NCBI RefSeq assembly: GCF_006345805.1
Contig: NC_043007.1
Span: forward strand, 36,642,001 to 36,706,000
DNA from: Octopus sinensis
Taxonomy: Eukaryota
Length of the DNA: 64,000 nt
Reading direction: 5' to 3'
Of this stretch, positions 38,705 to 52,687 are shown piece after piece; position 1 is the first letter of the stretch, and each line of letters starts with the position of its first letter. Under the pieces are notes generated by a model. The model saw only the letters and a program-made list of their open reading frames with translations, made no database searches and was not told the origin of the DNA. The position numbers and the translations under genes are program-made.

Positions 38705-40108
38705 TATATGGTATACTATCTGTGAACCATATTTCACTCACAAGGCAATTAGTCAACATGAGGCAATAGAAGACATTCCCCAAAGAACCTATGTACTGAA
38801 ATTGAACCCTCAATAACAGCACAGCCATAGAATGAATTTGAAGAAGAACAACAGAACCCATAGTCTTTAACAGCCGCCAAGACCATTGATGAAGCAGTTG
38901 GGATCTAGCCTTAAATTCTGCAATTCAATGTTAATGAAGAGAAGGCAGAGGAAGCAAGGGTAGACAGAAGAAATGGATTTCTAGTTCCAAGACAGTATTC
39001 ATCATCATCATCATTTAACGTCCGCTTTCCATGCTGGCATGGGTTGGATAGTTTGACAGGAGCTGGCCAGGCAGAAGCCTGCGCCATACTTCTGTGTCTG
39101 TTTTGGCATGGTTTTTATGGCCGGTTGCCCTTCCTAACACCAACCACTCTGTAGAGTGGGCTGAGTGCTTTTTATGTGGCACCAGCACAAGCAACGTCAG
39201 TTTTGGCATGGTTTTTACAGCTGGATGCCCTTCAAAATACCAACCACTTCACAGTATGGATTGGATGCTTTTTAAATGGCAAGGTCACTGAGTAACTTTG
39301 CAAGACAAAGAATCTTTGAGACAGGAGGGGGCAGTGGATGATGAATGGTTAGAGTGTGACAGAGAGACAGCAACAGGTGTCTTGTAGAGGATGTACATGG
39401 TTACCTAGCCAGACAGAGAGAGAGAGAGAGACAAAGAAAAAAAGGGAGAGAAAGAGAGAGTGATGGAGAATGAGGGCAGAAACAGGTATGCTGGTCTGTA
39501 CAAAGTACTCTATGTGAGATCAGTGGAAAGTGACAATGGGGTTGATGACAGGAGAATGAGGTCAGTGTCATCTTACGGCAAGGGCACACTGGAGAAATAG
39601 ATGTCCAACAGCTTCACAGGTGTAGGAGCCCAATCCTAGTCTACATATTCTGTGGTTTGCAGTCAAATTAATACTTTTAGGGTCCAGTGCATTGATTAGC
39701 CCAAGGGCCTATAGCACTGTTTAAACAGCTCCTAAACAAGGTGTCAAATTGTTTGCCAGTTGAGTAGATCAGAAATCATTGTAGGGATAGCAGACGAAAC
39801 ACCTTGCTAGAAACAGCAATCAAATCTCCCTCCAATCACACACTAACGTCTTAAAATGGGAAGAAATAAAAAGTCAGTTATGTCAGACATAGTTATAAGT
39901 ATACAAAATAATAGGAATGCATCGAAGCTGGAATGTCTTTGAGTATGGGCACGCTCAACCAAGGATGACCTGGGGTTAAATAAAAGTAACACCATCAATG
40001 ACAACAGCATGTATGTAGAGATGTAGCATGAATGTAGAGGGTAAGCTTGCAGATCAGTCAGTCAGATGGCCTATTTTGGAATGTGATTCACAATGGGTTG
40101 GGGAGGAC

Positions 40109-40147
<39 letters not shown>

Positions 40148-40348
40148 AAGAAAGAAAGAAAGAAAAAGAGAGAGACAAACAGACAGACAGAGGTAGAGAG
40201 AGAAAAGCTACACTGTCCCAAATATGTGAGCAGTACTATAATGTGGGTCACATTCTGTACCTTGAAAGAGAGTCAACTGTTGTTCTGAGCTGGAAGTATT
40301 TTCTAACCTTGATAGTATGTATGTATGTATGTGTGTATGTATGTATGT

Positions 40349-40379
<31 letters not shown>

Positions 40380-40973
40380 CATGTGTGGCCATGCTGGGAC
40401 ACTGCTCTGAAGAATTTTAGTCAAATCAACCCCAGTACTTGTTTTTGTCTAAAGCCTGGTATTTATTCTATTGGTCCCTTTTACCAAACCATTAACACAC
40501 ACACACACACACACACACACGTATATATGATGGGCTTCTTTTAGTTTCCATCTACAAACTCCACTCACAAGGCTTTTGTCAGCCCAAGGCTATAGTAGAA
40601 GATACCTGTCCAAAGCGCCACACAGCAGGACTGAACCCAGGAACATGTGGTTGGAAAGCTAACTTCTCAACACACACCCATGCGTGTACATGTATATGTA
40701 AGTAGATATGGATGGGTGGATGGATGGATGGATGGATGGATACAGTACAAACATAAAAACCAAGATAAGGTAAAAAAAAAACAGGAAAATTGGAAGAAGT
40801 CTTTAACATTTTGATCATACATTCATCAATAGAAAGGATAGATGAAGAGAGAAAAATATTATATAAATATATAACTTGTGTGTGTGTGTGTGTGTGTGTG
40901 CATATGAGCATGTGTGTGTATTTCATTCAGTTTACATCCATTTTTCCCCTTACTAGCCTAGGTAAGACGAGTG

Positions 40974-41322
40974 GGTGGGTCTCAAACATTTTCTTATCTG
41001 TGGACCCCTTTAATTACCATTTTATTCTGGTGGACACCCATACCCATTCGAGGTTTAAAAAACTAGTTTTATAGATACTTCTTTCAAAATTCTTTTATTT
41101 TTTTCTCACATTAACTTGTATAGGTTAAACTATGTAAAATGTTAGAGAAGGAAACCTAAGTATTTCTTGCAATAAATACATGTACATCAAATCAAAATTT
41201 TTCATGCACCTTGAAACTACAACCATGGATCCCCAGTGTTCTATTTCGCTTGGATGGACCCCCCCCCCATAGGTCTAATATGGTCCTCCAGGGTTCATAT
41301 AGACCCCAGTTGAGAACCAGTG
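40974..41322. mobile_element. hAT/Charlie-like MITE
   Basis: Termini gtgggtctcaaac / ccagttgagaaccagtg resemble CAGTGGTTCTCAA-type TIRs, with subterminal ggacccc motifs. Confidence 0.5.
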
Positions 41323-41360
41323 AGTTTGGTGAATAATTATTGAGGTAATAATAATTATTG

Positions 41361-41495
41361 TGGCCGATGCCGGACCTTGGCCGATGCCGGACCTTGGCCG
41401 ATGCCGGACCTTGGCCGATGCCGGACCTTGGCCGATGCCGGACCTTGGCCGATGCCAGACCTTGGCCGATGCCGGACCTTGGCCGATGCCGGACC
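41361..41495 (+). repeat. 8 x 17-bp tandem repeat TGGCCGATGCCGGACCT at the 5' end of an RTE-tail copy
   Basis: Units start at 41361, 41378, 41395, 41412, 41429, 41446, 41463 and 41480; one unit has a G>A change; the element continues to (GAT)n at ~41632. Confidence 0.95.
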
Positions 41496-41892
41496 CCCCT
41501 GGCACCTGTGCAGGTGGCACGTAAAAAGCACCCACTGGAGCCTGGTGCAGCCCTTGGCTTCCCAGACCCCGGTCGAACCGTCCAACCCGTGCTAGCGCGG
41601 AAAACGGACGTTAAACGATGATGATGATGATGTACTGTTTTACAGCTGAATAATCCTATTTGTTGCTAAACCTTACTTGCCTTTTGGGTACAGATCTTTT
41701 TCTTTTACCCCCACATGTCTTTGAAAGTAAAGAGCTAGAAGACAAATTGTTAGCAGGATATGACTGTGTAGATGTATGGCAGAAAGAGAGGTGGCTTTGT
41801 GCCAAATGTTGAAAGATTAAAGTTATGATAAAAGGGACAGGAAGATGTTATTCTCTACAGAGAAGATAGTATGCATTATATAAGAGATGATA

Positions 41893-42126
41893 AGGCGGAG
41901 AGTTGGCAGAAATATTAGCACGTCGGGCGAAATGTGAAGCCGTATTTCGTCTGCCATTACGTTCTGAGTTCAAATTCTGCCGAGGTCGACTTTGCCTTTC
42001 ATCTTTTTGGGGTCGATAAATTAAGTATCAGTTACGCACTGGGGTCGATGTAATCGACTTAATACCTATGTCTGCCCTTGTTTGTCCCCTCTATGTTTAG
42101 CCCCTTGTGGGTTGTAAAGAAATAGG
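41893..42126 (+). mobile_element. S2 SINE monomer
   Basis: Head ggcggagagttggcagaa plus one 184-bp body, followed by the start of another head. Confidence 0.8.
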
Positions 42127-43319
42127 TGGCAAGCTGGCAGAATCACCAGCACACTGTTACCTGACCTATATATATACACTGGTTGTAATGACTACAGCAG
42201 GATGCTGATGTGCAGGAAGGTGTATGCATGCAGATGTAACTGAGTGGTCAAGAAGCTTGATTCCCAAGTATGAAGTTTCAATCCCACTGCACTGCACCTT
42301 GGGCAAGTGCCTTCTACTATAACAGAGTTTGATCTGTTTTTATGTTCTGAGCTCAAATTCTGCTGAGGCTGACTTTGCTTTTCATCCTTTCAGGGTATAT
42401 AAAAGAAGTACTAGTTGAGTATTGGGGTCCATGTGATCAACTTACCCCTTCTCCCAAAATTGCTGGCCTTGTGCCAAAATTTGAAACCATTATATATTAT
42501 ATGGGATGATAGGAGTAATTGGAGCTGGAGCTGGGAAAAGAGATAAAGATGATGGTAATGAGGTGTTAAAATGTGCCCTCAACGTACAATGTGATAAACA
42601 GAAGAAAGTATGAGACCAGAAGATCAGATATATATGCATAATGGGCTTCTTTCAGTTTCCATCTAGCAAATTGACTCACTTTTGTCCTGGCAACACACAA
42701 CTGTAAACAAGCATTATCATACAACCAATGCTATCTGTTTCCAGCCTTCCATGAAAACTCTGTCTGGTCATGAGGATTATGTTACCTTGCTTGGAAATAG
42801 GTGAGGGTTTTCTGCGGCTGGATGACAAGAAGGGCATATATATATAATATTTATTATAATTATGAGTATAATTATAATTAGAGTTAGGCAAAAAATTTGC
42901 TTCACCACACATCGAACTTTAGAAATAGCAGCCAAAGAACCTAGATATGTAAGAAACAACTCCCAGACAATATATACTTAAAAACAACGAAATTCACTCG
43001 GCATTTGATTATACTCATAATTATAATAAATATTGTTTAAGTTTACCGATAATGGTCTTTTTAACATACTGAATACTACTTGGTGAAATTATTAATTATT
43101 AATTATTAATTAATTAATTTTACCCATTATTATTATTGATATATATATATATATGTATGTGTGTATACGTATCTTTAATCTTTAACTAGTTTCAGCTCAA
43201 CAGTTGTAGCCATGCTGGAGCACCACCATTAACTTACTTACACCTCCACTACATGAAACTTCCTCTAATATGTGGCACTTGGTGAATGAGGGAGTTTGAT
43301 GCTGGTGCCTTGATCTGCG

Positions 43320-44420
43320 TTTCCTGCTGTGAGGTAGGCTCATCTAAAACTCTTGACAGGAAATCCAGTTTTGTTTTGTAAACACCTAATTCTACCATGC
43401 AGGTCTCTCAGGCTTTTGGAGAGGATACTGAAGAGTTGTGGACCCTTAAAACCCAAACTGCAGTAGTATCTGGTCCTTCATCTAGATGGCATGCTGGGAT
43501 ATTTGGCACTATGCAGCAGCACCTTGTTCTGCTGTTTGTGTAACTTCCAATGCCAACATTTGGTTCAAGTCCTTCCAGGATTTTCCAGATGTTTATCACT
43601 GCATATCTTTTCCAACTTTGTTCTAGGAAATAGAATCCTAACTTTTACAGCCTTTCAAGTAGCTAACACATTGCATTGAGACAATCTTTGTGGAGCTTTG
43701 CTGGATTTATTTGAGTTCCACTGTTAATTGGATGAGAGCAGTAGTCTAAGTGGCTGAGGACACCATGATGTCCTGTTCTCTCATTCTGAAGGTTCTAAAC
43801 AATCCATCGGGCCAGTCATCAGCATTTTATAGCCAACTTAGTAATATGCACCAGGAAAGCTGCTGTACTCTTTTGCCACAACTTTTAATAATTATATCCC
43901 GGCGTTAGGAAGGGCATCCAGCTGTAGAAACACTGCCAAATCTGACTGGGCCTGATGAAGCCTTCCGGCTTCACAGACCCCAGTTAAACCGTCCAACCCA
44001 TGCTAGCATGGAAAACGGACGCTAAATGATGATGATGATGATGATATATACACACACATACATATATATATATGTGGAGGCGTAATGGCCTAGTGGTTAG
44101 GGCAGTGGACTCGCGGTCGTAAGATCGTGGTTTCGATTCCCAAACCGGGAATGCACTGATTTTGATTCTGGGATTGCAATGCCTCCTGGGCCAGTGTATC
44201 CTGTCAGCATATCATTCAGCTTTGTGTGCTGGTAGTGCAGGGCTTGGAATTTTCCCGCATTAAACTGCATGTTATTGTCACAAGTCAACATGTATATTGC
44301 ATCCAGCTCCTGTTGCAGGTGAGGAATATCTCAAAGGTTCCATCAACTCTGAGAAACATTTGTTTCATCTGCATAGCCAGCAAGGGTGGTTATCTGAGTA
44401 ACTGAGAGCCTGTATGAAAG
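43320..44420 (-). pseudogene. CR1-type LINE RT/C-terminal fragment, interrupted
   Basis: YADET (YADD-like), NNMQFNAGKFQ, YAVINIWKILEGLEPN; split by an RTE-tail copy (~43900-44045) and an S3 head. Confidence 0.65.
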
Positions 44421-44428
44421 AACCACTA

Positions 44429-44464
<36 letters not shown>

Positions 44465-44753
44465 TCGATGCCATTGTCCCCTTCAATAATTTTTAGTTAA
44501 ATGAGTGACAAACAGACAGAAACACACGCATATATATCAAAAAGGGGAACAGTAAAGTATGACATGCAACAAAAATCAAGCTCAAGTGAGTATCCAGTGC
44601 CGTATGACATGGGGCACCAGCTTTGGGAAGGCGAGTGAGTGTGCTCAATATGAACCAAATAATAGAAAAAAATAATAAGCAGAAAAACAGGTGTGGTAGT
44701 CAAGGCCTTGAATACCACACCTATTTCCTGCTTATTTTGTAAATCTGTGTGTA

Positions 44754-44789
<36 letters not shown>

Positions 44790-45731
44790 ACCATGACATT
44801 CACCGTGACCAACCAGTCTATCAGATGTTGCTACACATTGCTGGTCACAATGCGCTTCGCATTGTTTTAGCCTTCAAATGATGCCACCCCGCTGGCTAAG
44901 CGAGCAGGCCAACAGAGGAAAGAGTGAGAGAAAGTTGTGGCAAAAGAGTACAGCAGGGATCGCCACTACCCCCTGCCAGAGCCTCGTGGAGCTATAGGTG
45001 TTTTTGCTCAATAAACACTCACAACGCCCGGTTTGGGAATCAAAACCACAATCCTACGACCGCGAGTCCGCTGCCCTAACCACTGGGCCATTACTCCTCC
45101 ACATATATATATATATATATATATACGTATGTGCATATATATATAAACATAATAATTAAAGGATATAATAATTAAAAGTTAATGAATTCTATCAGTGTCC
45201 AGCATATAAAATAAGCTTTTATGAAAAATTCATACACAGACATATAATTACATAGAATACAATTATAATTAAAGGCACAGAAACCAATGTGCCTACATGC
45301 TAGAAAGAGATACAGAATACGTCCAACCTCTACAAGATTGAAGAGCAGAGCATGGATTCGATCCTCGATTACCAAATCTCACATAACACTGCAACAGTGC
45401 TTTTCTCATGGTAAAACAATAGTTTTTTCTGTGAATGACAGCAGTTATACATTTCCCAGATGCTTTCGCTAAGCAGAATAATGTCTTTGCCTTTCGCCAA
45501 CCTCCGACAACCTCTTTCACCAACCTCAGGAGACCTTTCTCACCAACCTCTAACAATCTCTCCCTCCTCCAGCTGACAGTTTTTTGTACTTTTTCATGAC
45601 GGAAAATACACCTTTTGTGGCAGTTATAACGAAATTGCTTTCTTGTATCAGAGTAATAAGGCATTTCAATGGAACATTTTTACCCCCGGGAATTACTGGG
45701 TACACCAGCTAGTATATATATAGATATTTAT

Positions 45732-45764
<33 letters not shown>

Positions 45765-45779
45765 TATATATATATACAT

Positions 45780-45810
<31 letters not shown>

Positions 45811-46437
45811 ATATAGTAACAAACTGAGGAAAAGAAATCCTTCAAAGGGGTGTGTTAAACATCTAATTCACTGGTACTTCAGTTGGATACCATATAAATA
45901 TTGGTATAATTCAATAATAAAGATAAATTAAATATAGAGATATTCTATTGACGATCCAATAAATTATTTATATTACAATATTAGATTAAAGACTATGAAT
46001 ATAATATATAACATAACAATATTATATAAATAATTGTAAAAACCATAAAAGGCCAACAAATTGTTTCGAGTTATATTTTTTTCTGATATACATAATCACA
46101 GTTCCATTATATAAAAAGTCATTTCAGGGTCCTTAGTTTAAGATATAGAAAAAGGAAAGAATAAATAGAGTGAAGAAGAAAAGTGATTAATTAGGGGCAC
46201 ATTAAGCTGCTGTGATTAAAATATAGGCAAGTACAATTGTACTAAACATGTCCATGTGCACTCAAATGTGGAAAGACTTTCACTGTGAAATCACTGTCCC
46301 GAGAGAGAAATTCTTGTAAACAATAAATGTGAAAAACATACCCTATTAATGATGTCATAGAATCAGGGCATGTTTCTACTCTGCTACATTGAATCCATTA
46401 TTCATTGCTCACTATGAACTGGTGTTCTTATATTTAA

Positions 46438-46657
46438 CCCTTTCGCATTCAAACTGGCCATATCCAGTCCAAATATTCTACCTATTTTATGCTTAAACTG
46501 GTCAGGTCTCATTTCTCACAACAACCGAACAATATCATTCTAAAATTTAACAGGTATTTCATCAAAATCTCAAAGCTACAAAATAATGCATGACTAATTC
46601 AAAACAATGTGAATAAATAACCGTTACTTTTGATAAAATAATGTGAATGCTAAAGAG
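46438..46657. mobile_element. TTAA-flanked piggyBac-like MITE
   Basis: TTAA|CCCTTTCGCATTC ... GAATGCTAAAGAG|TTAA. Confidence 0.7.
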
Positions 46658-46737
46658 TTAAACAGTAAATAATGCATTAGCTGTGGCTTGATTAAGCTTT
46701 GCACACATCAGCAAATGTATTATTTGCTATTTAAATA

Positions 46738-47165
46738 TCATCATCATCATCGTTTAACGTCCGCTTTCCATGCTGGCATGGGTTGGACGATTTGACTGAG
46801 GACTGGCGAACCATATGGCTGCACCAGGCTCCAATCTGATCTGGCAGAGTTTCTACAGCTGGATGCCTTTCCTAATGCCAACCACTCCGAGAGCGTAGTG
46901 GGTGCTTTTACGTGCCACTGGCACAAGGGCCAGTCAGGCAGTACTGGCAACAGCCATGCTCAAGTGATGTTTTTTACATGCCACCTGCACAGGAGCCAGT
47001 CCAGCGGCACTGGCAACGACCTTGCTCAAATAAGTGCCAATAAGACAACACTGGTAATGATCACGCTCGAATGGTGCTTTTTACGTGCCACAGCACAGAA
47101 ACCAGTCAGCTGTTCTGGCAACGATCATGCTCGGATGGTGCCCTCAGCGCTCCGCTAGCACGGAT
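46738..47165 (-). mobile_element. RTE-tailed element
   Basis: (ATC)n followed by gtttaacgtccgctttccatgctggc; internal direct repeats. Confidence 0.7.
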
Positions 47166-48276
47166 TACCAGTCACCAAATTTGATTTTGAATATAAGAAG
47201 GCTAATTCTTAGTGAACTATGAATGATAGACTGAAGGTCCATAACCAATGAAATGTAACAGCACAAAATCACATGTCCTATGCTCCAAAGATTTCATTCA
47301 TTGGCCAGAGGTGAGTTTTTCAAATTGCAAAGTTAAAATTTAGTGCATGCCATATAATTACTGGAAGGTTTGAATGATAGTATCACTTGCTCACTACTAT
47401 CATATGATGTCAAGACAAAGAGCTACAAACACACACATACATACAATCATCAGTTAACATCCGCTTTTCATGCTGGCATGAGTTGGACAGTTTGACAGAT
47501 CCAATGAGCTGGAGGAGTGTGTCGTACACCCATGTCAGCTTTGATATGGTTTCTATGGTTGGATGCCTTTCCAAACTCCAACCGCTCTACAGTGTATACA
47601 TGATGCATTTTTTCATAACAATAGCACTAGTGTGGTTGCTGAGTAACTTGCAAAACAAAAAAAAGAAAAAGAACAAAAAACCTCAATTGAGTAGGAGTGT
47701 ATCTAAGAGAAGGGAAGATGGTTTTATGCCAGGTGTTGAAAGGCTAAAGTATGGGGGAGGGGCTACTTTCAGTTTGTACCTACCACTCACAAGTCCTTGG
47801 TTGGCCTGGGGCTATTGTAAAAGACATTTGCCCAAAGTGCTACACAGTGAGATTGAACCTGAAGCCATGTGACCGAAAAGCAAACTTCTTAAACACACAG
47901 CAATGACGCACAGACATGACTGTGAGGTAAACAAGTTAGCTTTGAATTTATATAGTTCTGGGTGTAATACACCTTAGCTATTGTTAATTACATGGTTCCC
48001 TATGTAATACACCTTAGCCATGTGTCTTCTATTATTGCTTTGTATCAGCTAAATGTTTACATGTGGAATTTGGTAGGCAGAAATTGTGCAGAAGTCCATT
48101 ATAGACGTATGTGTATGTGCGCACGCGGGTGTGTGTGTGTGTGTGTGCGCATGTGTGTACACCAATGCTTAAGTTTACAAAGTAAACTGTTGCTGATGTT
48201 GTATCTCATTCTACTCTATAACTTAGCAGTTCAAGAAAAGTTATCAATAATGTCAAATTCTTGAATGCATTATAGG

Positions 48277-48675
48277 TGTGGGAGTAGCTCTGTGGTAAGT
48301 AGCTTGTTTACGAACCACATGGTTCCAGGTTCAGTCCCACTGCGTGGCGCCTTGGGCCGACCAAAGCCTTGTGAGTGGATTTGGTAGACGGAAACTGAAA
48401 GAAGCCTGTCGTATATATGTATATATATATAGGTGTGTGTATGTGTGCGTATATGTTTGTGGGTCTGTGTTTGTCTCCCCAACATCTCTTGATAACCGAT
48501 GCTGGTGTGTTTACGTACTCGTAACTTAGCGGTTCGGCGAAAGAGACCGATAGAGTAAGTACTAGGCTTACAAAGAATAAGTCCTGGGGTCGATTTGCTC
48601 GACTAAAAGGTGGTGCTCCAGCATGGCCGCAGTCAAATGACTGAAACAAATAAAAGAGAGTAAAAGAGAAAGAGA
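48277..48675 (+). mobile_element. S1 SINE
   Basis: Both halves present, with a small internal deletion in the 5' half. Confidence 0.8.
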
Positions 48676-48724
48676 GCATTGCCCAACATGGTCACAGACC
48701 AATAATTAAAAACTAATGAAAGAA

Positions 48725-48961
48725 CATGTCCCTGTACCTGGCATTCTTTGACTCTGAGATGGCCTTTGAAAGGACACCTCCTTCGGTGATCTAGTGCTCC
48801 CTAAAGAAGTTAGAGGTAGGCGAATGGTTTGTGATAATTGTACAAACCATACACAGGGATGCAGTGAGAAAAGTGAGAGTCAGCAATGAGTTTGCCAATG
48901 AATTTAGTATGTATGTAGGGAGCTGTCAGAGCTTAGTCCCAAATCCCTTTTATTTATTATA
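48725..48961 (+). pseudogene. RTE RT fragment
   Basis: LYLAFFDSEMAF...RDAVRKVRVSNEFANEFSMYVG; homologous to the continuation of the 32-33 kb ORF. Confidence 0.6.
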
Positions 48962-49560
48962 TATTTCTTTATTGCACACAAGGGGCTAAACATAAAGGGG
49001 ACAAACAAAGACAGACAAAGGGATTAAGTCGATTACATCGACCCCAGTGCGTAACTGGTACTTTATTTATCGACCCCGAAAGGATGAAAGGCAAAGTCGA
49101 CCTCGGCAGAATTTGAACTCAGAACGTAATGGCAGACGAAATACCTATTTCTTTATTACCCACAAGGGGCTGAACACAGAGGAGACAAACAAGGACAGAC
49201 ATAGGTATTAAGTCGATTACATCGACCCCAGTGCGTAACTGGTACTTTATTTATCGACCCTGCAAGGATGAAAGGCAAAGTCGACCTCGGCAGAATTTGA
49301 ACTCAGAACGTAATGGCAGACGAAATACCTATTTCTTTACTACCCACAAGGGGCTGAACACAGAGGGGACAAACAAGGACAGACATAGGTATTAAGTCGA
49401 TTACATCGACCCCAGTGCGTAACTGGTACTTTATTTATCGACCCCAAAAGGATGAAAGGCAAAGTCGACCTCGGCAGAATTTGAACTCAGAACATAATGG
49501 CAGACAAAATACCGCTAAGTATTTCGCCCGGTGAGCTAACATCTCTGCCAGCTCGCTGCC
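48962..49560 (-). mobile_element. Trimeric S2 SINE (head + 3 x 184 bp) with a 16-bp TSD
   Basis: Units at 48962, 49146 and 49330; TSD ccttttatttattata at 48946-48961 and 49563-49578. Confidence 0.9.
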
Positions 49561-49905
49561 CTCCTTTTATTTATTATAGTCCGCCAAACCCTTTTGTTAC
49601 CATATTTCTATTGAAATACCCTACCTTTGTTTAAATTAACTTTGGTAAGCCAGCTTCTTACCACACAGCCACACCTGTGACTATATGTATGTGTATAAAA
49701 TAAATATTAGCAATGGCTATCAAGCTCTATTTGTAGACAGAAGGGTGAGGAGTATTTATCAACTGAAGAGTGGCCAATCAGCTATGAAACACATCGGGAA
49801 TGATCTCATTTTTTTTTCTTTGGAACAAGGTGTATTCATGGTTGTTTACTTTCCTCAGCACACTTATTATAAACTATAGGCTAGCTACTTTAAATTTATC
49901 TTATA

Positions 49906-50282
49906 CTAGCAGTATCGCCCAGCATTGCTCGGGTTTCTTTCGACCCTTTAGAATTGGAGTTTTTGAAAAGTAAAAATTTTGCATTATGTAGCGTGTTATT
50001 CTCTTTAAGTGAAATACACCGAAAAATGGCGACACAGCAGTCAAAAAAATTGTAAAAAATAGGAATTTTCATAGAAAAAAAAAGCACCTTTTTGATGTAA
50101 ATAAGTTTTGGTGTTAACATGGTCCGATTTGAATTTTTTCTTCTACGGAAGGAAGAGCAAGCCTTCTTCTATCATATTCTCAATTTTGATCAACTTGCAC
50201 CGCAGGGTCTCGGAGGAGATAGTGTTAGTTGAAGGTTACCAAACCTGCCATACACAGACAACTTCAGCTTTATCTATACAGA
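49906..50282 (-). mobile_element. Non-autonomous Helitron-like element, family A
   Basis: CTAG end at 49906-49909 with hairpin; body matches the 12488 copy. Confidence 0.75.
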
Positions 50283-50966
50283 GATTTCTTAAACATGCTG
50301 TTTGTACACAAAATATTCATTAAGTATTTAATCATGCTGCCAACTAATACATAATATGCAAATTAGTGTAGCCATTTCGGCTAACTTTTAGTTTATACCA
50401 CATTTTAGTTACATTTCTCTTTTCTTTATTTCTGAAAGGAGAAAAATGGTTGAAGTATTGTTTAAATTTACCTTCAATCATATGTGGTATTTAAGGACCA
50501 TGTTTAAGGTTTGCCTTGGTGGAGGTAATTTCCGGGGTAATCACTTCAATATTGCAGGACTGATTAAGGGGTCTATGTTATAATTCTGCATGTACTGTTA
50601 GCATTGGTTATTTTAGTTTATTGACTTATTATTAAGTATTTCATATACATGGTACAACTGTAACCCAATTTAAAATTATTTCTTTTAAATGCTTGTTTTG
50701 TTTTTGAGGCAATTGTTAATGGGGAAATTTTCATTTATCAAAAACAAGAATAGCAATGTTAGACTTAATATTTAAGGAAAAGGGAGGTGCTGAACCAGAT
50801 ATTGTCACAGCATCCCTTCTTATTACCCAGACAGCAAGGGTTATGGGTATATGTGATTTTATCACCGAACCCACTAATTTCTAGTGCTTCACTGTGGTAG
50901 GGGACTGCAATGTCAAAGATTTCATTATATGATAACACTATAGAGAGTCTTCTACTGATATATTAA

Positions 50967-51170
50967 TCAGGTTTTTTTGAAAACTATAAGTGGATGGCAG
51001 GAATCTACATTAGATTTAGTATATGTTTTGTATTTGCCTTTCGTAACATTTAAGAGGGTAACATTTAAGAAATTTTTAGTTCTTAGGGTAATAGTGCCAG
51101 TTATTTTGATGTTGAAATTTATATTGTTAATATGGTATTTTTTATGAACACCCAATGCACATCCAACAGC
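50967..51170 (-). pseudogene. Penelope-like RT C-terminal fragment
   Basis: NIKITGTITLRTKNFLNVTLLNVTKGKYKTY..SCHP resembles the PLE pattern GLKIT....VNFLDVTL....Y.PY..SNHP. Confidence 0.5.
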
Positions 51171-51216
51171 ATACTGAATACTGGCAGTATATTTTAATAC
51201 AAACATACATACACTG

Positions 51217-51252
<36 letters not shown>

Positions 51253-51812
51253 CATCATCATCATCATTTAGCGTCTGCTTTCCATGCTAGCATGGGTTGG
51301 ACGATTTGACTGAGGACTGGCAAACCAGATGGCTGCACCAGGCTCCAATCTGATCTGGCAGTTTCTACAGCTGGATGCCCTTCCTAACGCCAACCACTCC
51401 ATGAGTGTAGTGGGTGCTTTTACGTGCCAGTCAGGCGGTGTATATATATATATATATTATATATATATATATATATATACACATATATGTGTGTATACAT
51501 ATATATAGATAGATAGATAGATAGATAGATATCTTCCAAATAAACAAGAACTAACATGTGACCTACTGCTATGGATGCCAAAGCATGGCTGTACATGAGC
51601 TGGTTGTCCAAACACAACATATATAGATCAACTCAGCAGAGACACTAGATGCTTCCCTGAAGACTTCGCTGTGCAGGTTAAAAATGCCTGAGTAAGCTCA
51701 ACTAGACAATGATGAATGACCAGTTGCAATTGTTTTGGTACTACTGCTTTTACTGTTGAATGCAAAAGTTCCAAGTGGAAAGTTACATAATATTTGCAGT
51801 TTTAAACATTAA

Positions 51813-52033
51813 CCCTTTTGTTACTGTATTTATTTTGGGATGCTCTGTGTTTCTCTCAATTATTTTATACATAACAAAGAATTTTATAAAATAACTTAGT
51901 TATCATTTAGCTGGTGTTAAGAACATAAAGTGTGACTAAGGTTTGGTGGAAGATTTTAATTCAAATCTTATGAAAACAAGACATTTGTACTACAGAGCCT
52001 GAGCTGGTTTCAGCAGGCTTGGTACCAAAAGAG
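51813..52033. mobile_element. TTAA-flanked piggyBac-like MITE
   Basis: TTAA|CCCTTTTGTTAC ... GGTACCAAAAGAG|TTAA. Confidence 0.65.
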
Positions 52034-52650
52034 TTAAAGTGGCATTTCATCAGACTTGCATCAAAAAGTGCACTCTTACATTTTGTGTCTATCGAGTATT
52101 GTATGGTGCTTATATCAAGAGAAATCATCTAATAAAATTATACTGTGTTGAGTTTAATGTCCTTAACCCATTAACTACAGATTTAGACTTCATGATTATT
52201 CCAGCAACATTGTTCAATATCTATAAAAAAAACTAGACTTGGTATTTTCTGCAAGTCATGTTGCCTCAATAAACTTGACTAACATGATATTCCTTACCAT
52301 AAGATAGACGTATATAAAACGGCTTTCTGCATTTAAGGGTAATGAGACTTTGAGCGGATATATCCACTTTCTGCTGTAAATGGAGTTAAAGCAATATTGA
52401 TCATACTAAGGTTGGATAAGATTTTTAGTTTGGAAGTTGGACCTACTCTTTTACTTGTTTCAGTCACTTGACTGCAGCCATACTGGAGCACCGCCTTTAG
52501 TCGAGCAAATCAACCCCAGGACTTATCCTTTGTAAGCGTAGTACTTATTCTATCCATCTCTTGCCAAACCACTAGGTTACGGGGATGTAAACACACCAGC
52601 ATCGGTTGTCAAGCGATGCTGGGGGGACAAACAAACACACACAAACATAC

Positions 52651-52687
<37 letters not shown>

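Noticed and set aside
41361-41495. Possible CRISPR-like array
   Set aside because: The repeats are contiguous with no unique spacers, the context is eukaryotic, and no cas genes are present.
46215-46330. C2H2-like fragments (CGKTF, HVHVHS)
   Set aside because: The pieces are in different frames and lack correct Cys/His spacing; likely chance.
50439-50525. Short open segment between AG and GT sites (RKMVEVLFKFTFNHMWYLRTMFKVCLGG)
   Set aside because: No recognisable homology and no partner exons; cannot be supported without RNA-seq. The same applies to the donor-like site at ~47310.
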